A stretch of DNA of 29,540 nt, taken from the IMG/VR virus record IMGVR_UViG_3300028326_000318, positions 1 through 29,540 of that record, one strand, 5' to 3'. Under the pieces are notes generated by a model that saw only the letters and a list, made by a program, of their open reading frames with translations, ran no database searches and was not told where the DNA came from. A program made the translations under genes and the position numbers. This DNA is from a virus (taxonomy: Duplodnaviria; Caudoviricetes). Below, in pieces: positions 23,871 to 29,540 of this stretch (positions within the stretch are counted from its first letter, which is position 1; each line of letters opens with the position of its first letter).

Positions 23871-25091
23871 ATGAAAAACCCATTCTCCCGACTGTTCCGT
23901 TCGCGTGACAAACCCCAACCTCAAGACAGCGTCAGTTCCGCCCTGACGTTCTACTTCGGCGGCAGCGCCGCTGGCAAGCCCGTGAACCCCAAAACGGCGG
24001 TGCAGATGACGGCAGTGTACGCCTGCGTGCGAGTGATCGCGGAGACGGTGGCCAGCCTTCCGCTACATGTCTACCGATACACGGATCGCGGCAGCGAAAA
24101 GGCGTTCACCCATCCGCTCTACCGCATCCTGCACGACGAGCCCAACAGCGAGATGACCTCGTTCATCCTGCGGGAGACGATGCTCTCCCACCTCCTGCTC
24201 TGGGGCAATTCCTACTGCCAGATCCTGCGAAACGGGCGCGGCCAGATCCTGGGCCTGTACCCGCTGCTGCCGGAGAAGATGGGAATGGACCGGGATGTGC
24301 GCGGAAGCCTGACTTACGACTACACCTCGCGGGACGGCGGCGTGGTCCGGCTTCAGCCGGAGGACGTCTTGCACATCCCTGGGCTTGGCTTTGACGGCAT
24401 TGTGGGCTACAGCCCCATCGCACTTGAAAAGAACGCGATCGGTCTCGGCATCGCGGCGGAGGAGTACGGCAGTCGCTTCTTCTCCAACGGCGCGACTCCC
24501 AGCGGCGTGCTGACCCACCCCAACACTGTCAAGAACCCCACTTCGCTCCGTGAGAGCTGGAACGCAGCCTATGGTGGTTCTACCAATTCAGGCAAGGTGG
24601 CCATCTTAGAAGAGGGCATGAAATTCGAAAAGGTGTCCATCCCCAACAACGAGGCGCAATTCCTGGAGAGCCGGAAGTTCCAGGTGGCCGAGATCTGTCG
24701 GATCTATCGGGTCCCGCCCCACCTGGTGGGCGATCTGGAGCACGCAACGTTCTCGAACATCGAGCACCAAGCCATCAGCTTCGCGATGCACACCATCCGC
24801 CCCTGGCTGGTCCGGATCGAGCAGGCCATGAACAAGGCACTCTTCCCCGAACGGGAGAAGAGGCTTTTTTATGTGCGTTTCAACATCGACGGTCTGATGC
24901 GCGGCAGCTACAAGGAGCGCATGGAGGGCTACGCCATCGGGCGTCAGAACGGCTGGTTGTCTTCAAACGATATACGTGGTCTAGAAAATCTGAACCCACT
25001 ATCTGATGAGGACGGGGGCAACGCGTACCTGGTGAACGGGAACATGGTGCCCATCACAGCAGCACAGATGAACAGGAGGGATTCCCCCTGA
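23871..25091 (+). CDS. HK97-family portal protein, 406 aa
   Basis: GGGAGG SD before ATG 23871; AVYACVRVIAETVASLP, LLLWGN, GYSPI, FSNIEHQ. Confidence 0.96.
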   Translation: MKNPFSRLFRSRDKPQPQDSVSSALTFYFGGSAAGKPVNPKTAVQMTAVYACVRVIAETVASLPLHVYRYTDRGSEKAFTHPLYRILHDEPNSEMTSFILRETMLSHLLLWGNSYCQILRNGRGQILGLYPLLPEKMGMDRDVRGSLTYDYTSRDGGVVRLQPEDVLHIPGLGFDGIVGYSPIALEKNAIGLGIAAEEYGSRFFSNGATPSGVLTHPNTVKNPTSLRESWNAAYGGSTNSGKVAILEEGMKFEKVSIPNNEAQFLESRKFQVAEICRIYRVPPHLVGDLEHATFSNIEHQAISFAMHTIRPWLVRIEQAMNKALFPEREKRLFYVRFNIDGLMRGSYKERMEGYAIGRQNGWLSSNDIRGLENLNPLSDEDGGNAYLVNGNMVPITAAQMNRRDSP

Positions 25092-25918
25092 GAGAGATAC
25101 ATTTGAACGGCTACATCGACGAAGAAGTGTTCTTCGGCGACGAGATCACGCCTGGCAGTTTGCACGACGCGCTTTACGGCGATGACAATCAATCCACAGA
25201 CGATGTGCACATCCGGTTGAACAGCTACGGCGGCAGTTGCAATGCCGCCACCCGGATGTTCGATGACGTCCGTGCTTACCCCGGCAATGTTCATATCACG
25301 ATCTCCGGCACGGCGGCTTCCGCCGCGACGGTCGTGGCCATGGCGGCCGGACGTCTTGAGATGACGCCGGGGAGCCTTTTTATGGTGCACGATCCTTCGG
25401 TCATCGCCTGGGGCAATGAGCGCGACCTGTCGGAAGCGATCAGTCTCCTTCGCGCCTGCAAGGAGAGCATCCTGAACATCTACGGCACACGGTGCAAAAA
25501 GGATCGCGGTGAACTGGCCGCCTTGATGACGGCGACCACCTGGATGGACGCCAAGGCCGCGCTCGCCAATGGATTCATCGACGGGATCTCTGAGGAAGAG
25601 CCAGGTATGGGTCTAACCAATGCCGCTATCTCCCGAGTCACAAACCACAAGGAGGCGGAAATCAAGGTCAAGGCCTGGTTGGACCGCCATCGGAAACAGC
25701 CGTCCCGCTCTGGTAAGGGCGATGATCATACATCCATTGTATTGCCTGACGTTGATCAGGCGGAAAGGCCCGAAGTCCAGGACGGGGCGGCGCTAACAAT
25801 GCCGGAAGACAACAGTTCCCCTGGTCCGTCCACGAGACCCGAACAGCCGGAAACGACCGGCACCCCAATCGCCCAGCTGCAAAAGCGGCTGGGCTTACTG
25901 ATGCCCACGAGGCGATAA
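25088..25918 (+). CDS. ClpP-like prohead maturation protease (probable CTG start at 25088; alternative TTG 25103)
   Basis: LNSYGG, AASAA, FMVHDP, TWMDA..A...GFID. Confidence 0.9.
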   Translation: MREIHLNGYIDEEVFFGDEITPGSLHDALYGDDNQSTDDVHIRLNSYGGSCNAATRMFDDVRAYPGNVHITISGTAASAATVVAMAAGRLEMTPGSLFMVHDPSVIAWGNERDLSEAISLLRACKESILNIYGTRCKKDRGELAALMTATTWMDAKAALANGFIDGISEEEPGMGLTNAAISRVTNHKEAEIKVKAWLDRHRKQPSRSGKGDDHTSIVLPDVDQAERPEVQDGAALTMPEDNSSPGPSTRPEQPETTGTPIAQLQKRLGLLMPTRR

Positions 25919-25930
25919 TAGGAGGAAACT

Positions 25931-27130
25931 ATGAGCAAGGTACTGGAAATGCGCAGCAAGCGCGGCGAGGTCTGGGACAAGGCCAAGGCGTTCCTGGAAT
26001 CCCGGAAAGACGAAAACGGCCTTCTGTCCGCGGAGGACACGCTGGCTTATGAGCGGATGGAGCAGGAGGTCGTAGACCTGGGCCACGCCATTGAGCGCGA
26101 AGAACGCGCGACTGAACTTGAGCGGGAGCTGGGCGCACCTGTGAACGCCGCACTGGTCTCCCGCCCGGAGAAGACAACCGACAAGCCTGGCCGCGGCGGC
26201 AAGGCCTACAACGATGCGTTCTGGAAGCTGATGCGCGACGCGGACCGCCGCGGGTACGAGGTTCGCAACGCCCTACAGATCGGCGAGCTCAGCGAGGGCG
26301 GGTACACCGTGCCGGACGAGTTTGAGCACACGCTGGTGCAGGCGCTTGAGGAAGAGAACATCATGCGCGGGCTCGTGCATGTGATCACCACATCTTCCGG
26401 TGATCGCAAGATCCCGCTGGTCACCAGCAAGGGCGCGGCGTCCTGGGTGGAGGAGGAGGCGGCCATCCCCGAATCGGATGACGGGTTCGGCCAGATCACG
26501 CTGAGCGCGCACAAGGTGGGCAGCATGATCCGGATCTCGGAGGAACTGCTGCGCGATTCCGCGTTCGACCTCGCCGCGTATATCACCGGGGAGTTCGCGC
26601 GTCGCGTGGGCGCCGCAGAGGAAGCAGCGATCCTCGCCGGCGACGGCAGCCACAAGCCCACCGGCCTTCTGCACGACACGTTGGGCGCGGAGACAGGTGT
26701 GACGGCTGCTGCAGCCACGGTGATCACCGCGGATGAACTGCTCGACCTGCAGCATTCGCTGAAGTCGGGCTATCGCCGTAGGGCCGCGTTCATCATGAAC
26801 GATGCCACTGTCAAGCTGATCCGCAAGCTGAAAGATGGAAACGGGCAGTTCCTCTGGCAGCCGGGCCTTCTCTATGGGCAGCCGGACACACTGCTCAACC
26901 AGCGCGTGCTGTCTTCGAACTACATGCCGCTGCCCACCGCGGGGAATAAGGCGATCCTGTATGGCGACTACAGCTACTACTGGCTGGCTGACCGCGAAGG
27001 CCGTTCGCTGCAGCGGTTGAACGAGCTCTATGCGGCGACCGATCAGGTCGGCTTCAAGATCACGCAGCGCGTGGACGGCCGCCTGATTCTCCCCGAGGCG
27101 GTCAAGTGCCTGAGGATGAAGATCGCCTGA
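25931..27130 (+). CDS. Major capsid protein, HK97 fold
   Basis: N-terminal coiled delta domain; EGGYTVPDEF, ISEELLRDS, KLKDGNGQFLWQP, RVDGRL. Confidence 0.96.
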   Translation: MSKVLEMRSKRGEVWDKAKAFLESRKDENGLLSAEDTLAYERMEQEVVDLGHAIEREERATELERELGAPVNAALVSRPEKTTDKPGRGGKAYNDAFWKLMRDADRRGYEVRNALQIGELSEGGYTVPDEFEHTLVQALEEENIMRGLVHVITTSSGDRKIPLVTSKGAASWVEEEAAIPESDDGFGQITLSAHKVGSMIRISEELLRDSAFDLAAYITGEFARRVGAAEEAAILAGDGSHKPTGLLHDTLGAETGVTAAAATVITADELLDLQHSLKSGYRRRAAFIMNDATVKLIRKLKDGNGQFLWQPGLLYGQPDTLLNQRVLSSNYMPLPTAGNKAILYGDYSYYWLADREGRSLQRLNELYAATDQVGFKITQRVDGRLILPEAVKCLRMKIA

Positions 27131-27246
27131 GAAATGTGGAGGGGCTAACTCTATAAGGTCTTTGGACTACATCATATCGTGGTTTCATGCGAACAAGGCC
27201 ACGATATGTTGTGGGTCAGCCCCTTTCTGAACAAGGAGGTATTGTG

Positions 27247-27531
27247 ATGAACCAATCCAGCCGGAATTATCACGCCCACGGAGGCAACGAGTGGGTGGTC
27301 GGCGGCAAGCTGACCTTCCTGCCTGGCGCCACCGTGGAGGGCGCTGAAGGGCTGTTCGATTTGCCTGCCGGGGAACCGCTGCGTCTGCCGCCCATCCCCG
27401 CCAGTGAAGCGACCACCGTCGCCACGCTTCGGGAGGATTTCAACCGCCTGATCGAGGGGCTGAAGGCCGTCGGTCTGATGACGACGGCTGCGCAAGCTAT
27501 TTCTGCTCCGGATGACGTTCCGTCCGAGTAA
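27247..27531 (+). CDS. Head fibre/decoration-like protein, 94 aa
   Basis: AGGAGGT SD; NYHAHGGNEWVVGGKL; SEATTVATLREDFNRLI..LK..GLM. Confidence 0.75.
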   Translation: MNQSSRNYHAHGGNEWVVGGKLTFLPGATVEGAEGLFDLPAGEPLRLPPIPASEATTVATLREDFNRLIEGLKAVGLMTTAAQAISAPDDVPSE

Positions 27532-27543
27532 GGCGGTGTGCGC

Positions 27544-27828
27544 ATGATCGTCACAATCCCGGAGGTCAAGGCCCACCTGCGTGTCCAGCATGAGGATGAA
27601 GATGCCTACATCGGGAGCCTGATCGAGCAGGCGCAATCGGCGGCAGAGGACTTCTGCCGCGTTTCCTTTTCGGAAACCACGCCGCCGGCTGTACGGCTGG
27701 CCATGCTGCTCATGATCGGGCACTACTTCGAGAACCGGGACAACCCCGACAAGCATGTATACCTCGCGATGCGGATGGCGTTTGAGAATCTGCTCTACCC
27801 GCACCGGGATGTGACGAAGTTCTTCTGA
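27544..27828 (+). CDS. Head-tail connector (HK97 gp6-like)
   Basis: EVKAHLRV..EDED, AMLLMIGHYFENR; alternative GTG at 27538. Confidence 0.9.
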   Translation: MIVTIPEVKAHLRVQHEDEDAYIGSLIEQAQSAAEDFCRVSFSETTPPAVRLAMLLMIGHYFENRDNPDKHVYLAMRMAFENLLYPHRDVTKFF

Positions 27829-27865
27829 TACGAAACTCATCGGAAAGTGGAGGAAGTGATGTGCC

Positions 27866-28222
27866 TTGCGCGGATACAAAAACTTCGAATCCGATCCTCA
27901 CCCTGGGGATCTGAAGCATCTGGTGGAGATCGGATACACCGAGAACACCATCAATGAAAACGGCTACCCGGAGCCCGCCGAAGTGGTGGTCTGCAAGGTG
28001 TGGGCGGCGGCCACGGACGCGGGAAACCAACACTTTCGTGCTGCGGACACCATCAACGCCGAGGCGGTCATCAACTTCACCATCCGATTCCGTGAGGACA
28101 TCCAGCCGGGCATGTGGGTGAAGTTCCGGGGCGAGAAATGGATCATCTCCACCTTGGGCGAGTACGAATTCAAAAGGCGCTACCTGGGTCTGAAGGCGTC
28201 CATCGTGAAGGGGGTCAGCTGA
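27866..28222 (+). CDS. Head closure/head-tail adaptor (SPP1 gp16-like)
   Basis: GDLKH, VWAA, FTIRFR..I...M.V; position. Confidence 0.88.
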   Translation: MRGYKNFESDPHPGDLKHLVEIGYTENTINENGYPEPAEVVVCKVWAAATDAGNQHFRAADTINAEAVINFTIRFREDIQPGMWVKFRGEKWIISTLGEYEFKRRYLGLKASIVKGVS

Positions 28223-28581
28223 TGAAGCAGGTGCAGCAGGCACTCTCCGGCGTGGACATCCCCGTGTACGCCGGGATCTGGCGGCCCACCGCTTCCGGGC
28301 AGAACCCGCCCGCGCAGTATGCCGTGTACGCCACCACGACCACAGAGGATGTGCATCTGGACGACACCGTCGTCTCCCTCAAGACCTTCGTGTACCTGAA
28401 CCTCTGGAGTGACGGGGATCCCACCGATACGGCCGCCCGGATCCGAAGCGCTATGTATGCCGCAGGGTTCATCATGGTCGAAGAGACGGATATGGGGTAC
28501 AACCAACCCGCCTACGACAGCGCCACTCGGCAGTACAACATGCATTGGACCTGGTGCCTGCGCTCGGGGGTAGCCCCATGA
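28222..28581 (+). CDS. Probable tail terminator/completion protein, 119 aa
   Basis: TGATG coupling; P..YAVY, LNLWS, M..AGF. Confidence 0.7.
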   Translation: MKQVQQALSGVDIPVYAGIWRPTASGQNPPAQYAVYATTTTEDVHLDDTVVSLKTFVYLNLWSDGDPTDTAARIRSAMYAAGFIMVEETDMGYNQPAYDSATRQYNMHWTWCLRSGVAP

Positions 28582-28991
28582 GCATGAAGCTCGACGGCGT
28601 TGGCCAACTGATGGGCGATTTCGCCGCCATGGCCGCGCACCTTCATGAAGATGGCCCTACCTGCAATGAGATCCTGGAAGCGGCGGCGGTTCCCATCCAC
28701 CAGCAGATGAAAGCCAATGCGTCGTCCAACCCCAAGATCATCACCGGGGCATTGCACCGATCGATCAAGGTCGGTCGTGCCAAAAAGCGAAAGACCGGAC
28801 GGAGCATCACGATCGGCGTGCACCACTCGGCAGAGGGGGCGTACTACGCAAACGCTGTCGAGTGGGGGCACGGCGGTCCCGCGCCGGCCCCGGCACATCC
28901 CTTCGTTCGCCCCGCTTACGACACCAAGGCCGATGAATCCTACGACATCATCCGGGCCGGGCTTCGTGATGCTGTAAGCAAAAACCCCTGA
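28578..28991 (+). CDS. HK97 gp10-like neck protein, 137 aa
   Basis: TGALHRSI, YYANAVEWGH, AHPFVRPAYD. Confidence 0.88.
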   Translation: MSMKLDGVGQLMGDFAAMAAHLHEDGPTCNEILEAAAVPIHQQMKANASSNPKIITGALHRSIKVGRAKKRKTGRSITIGVHHSAEGAYYANAVEWGHGGPAPAPAHPFVRPAYDTKADESYDIIRAGLRDAVSKNP

Positions 28992-29012
28992 TATGTGAAG
29001 GAGGAGAAACCC

Positions 29013-29540
29013 ATGCCCAATACCGCTTCCCCCGCCGTGGCCAGTACGGTGGGTCTCAAGAACGTCGTCATCGCACCGGTCGTTTCTGATACCGACGCAG
29101 GCGTCAGCTACGGCACATTGCAGGACTTTGCGGGTGCCATCGACGCGCAGATCGCGCCGGAGAACGCTGATCCTGAAGTGCAATATGCTGATGATCAGGA
29201 GTTCGACGTCGTGTATCCGGATCCCGAGATCAAGCTCACCATGGAGATGGCGGACATTCCGCTGCTCATCCAGGAGATGATCTTAAGCAACATCATCGAT
29301 GACAATGGCGTCCTGATCCGCGCGGCAGGCGACACCCCTGGCTACTTCGCGCTCGGTTTCAAGAGCGAGAAAGCGGATGGAACCTACCGCTACGTTTGGC
29401 TCTTCAAGGGGCGTGCTGCACCCATGACCGAGCAGTATCACTCGAAGGAAGGCACCACACTGACTCGCCAAACTGGCAAGCTGGAATGGACGTTTATCAA
29501 GCGTACCTTTGACAAGCGCTACCAGGCGATTGCCGACGAA
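29013..29540 (+). CDS. Major tail protein, phi13 family (truncated by the window edge)
   Basis: AGGAGG SD, ATG 29013, open to the end; GLKN, YADD, ALGFKSEKADGTYRYVWLFKG. Confidence 0.9.
   Translation, partial: MPNTASPAVASTVGLKNVVIAPVVSDTDAGVSYGTLQDFAGAIDAQIAPENADPEVQYADDQEFDVVYPDPEIKLTMEMADIPLLIQEMILSNIIDDNGVLIRAAGDTPGYFALGFKSEKADGTYRYVWLFKGRAAPMTEQYHSKEGTTLTRQTGKLEWTFIKRTFDKRYQAIADE

Noticed and set aside
27146-27160. Resemblance of taactctataaggtc to the 23S rRNA I-CeuI site
   Set aside because: Short, gapped match with no surrounding rRNA sequence; likely chance

Overview
The window is an internal 29.5 kb segment of a GC-rich HK97-type siphovirus or prophage, probably from a Clostridia/Bacillota host (strong GGAGG Shine-Dalgarno sites, gene families typical of such prophages). 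From left to right it carries: (1) a sigma-region-4 regulator behind a switch-like structured leader; (2) a replication/recombination module (DUF2800 nuclease, DUF2815 SSB, family-A DNA polymerase with a 121-aa mini-intein, DUF4406-like, T5orf172, VapE primase-helicase with a candidate origin, VRR-NUC, and an SNF2 helicase split inside its Walker A); (3) a late activator, a phage MetK and accessory genes; (4) a counter-oriented amidoligase-to-gamma-glutamylcyclotransferase operon whose small genes share a leader motif; (5) a 42-bp periodic palindromic array next to a cos-like sequence; (6) a ParB-DNA methyltransferase, an HNH-AP2 endonuclease, terminase subunits, a displaced packaging HNH, a moron, and head/neck/tail genes running off the right edge. 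No integrase, repressor, lysis genes, tRNA, rRNA or true CRISPR array were seen. Family calls come from motif recognition only; no searches were run.
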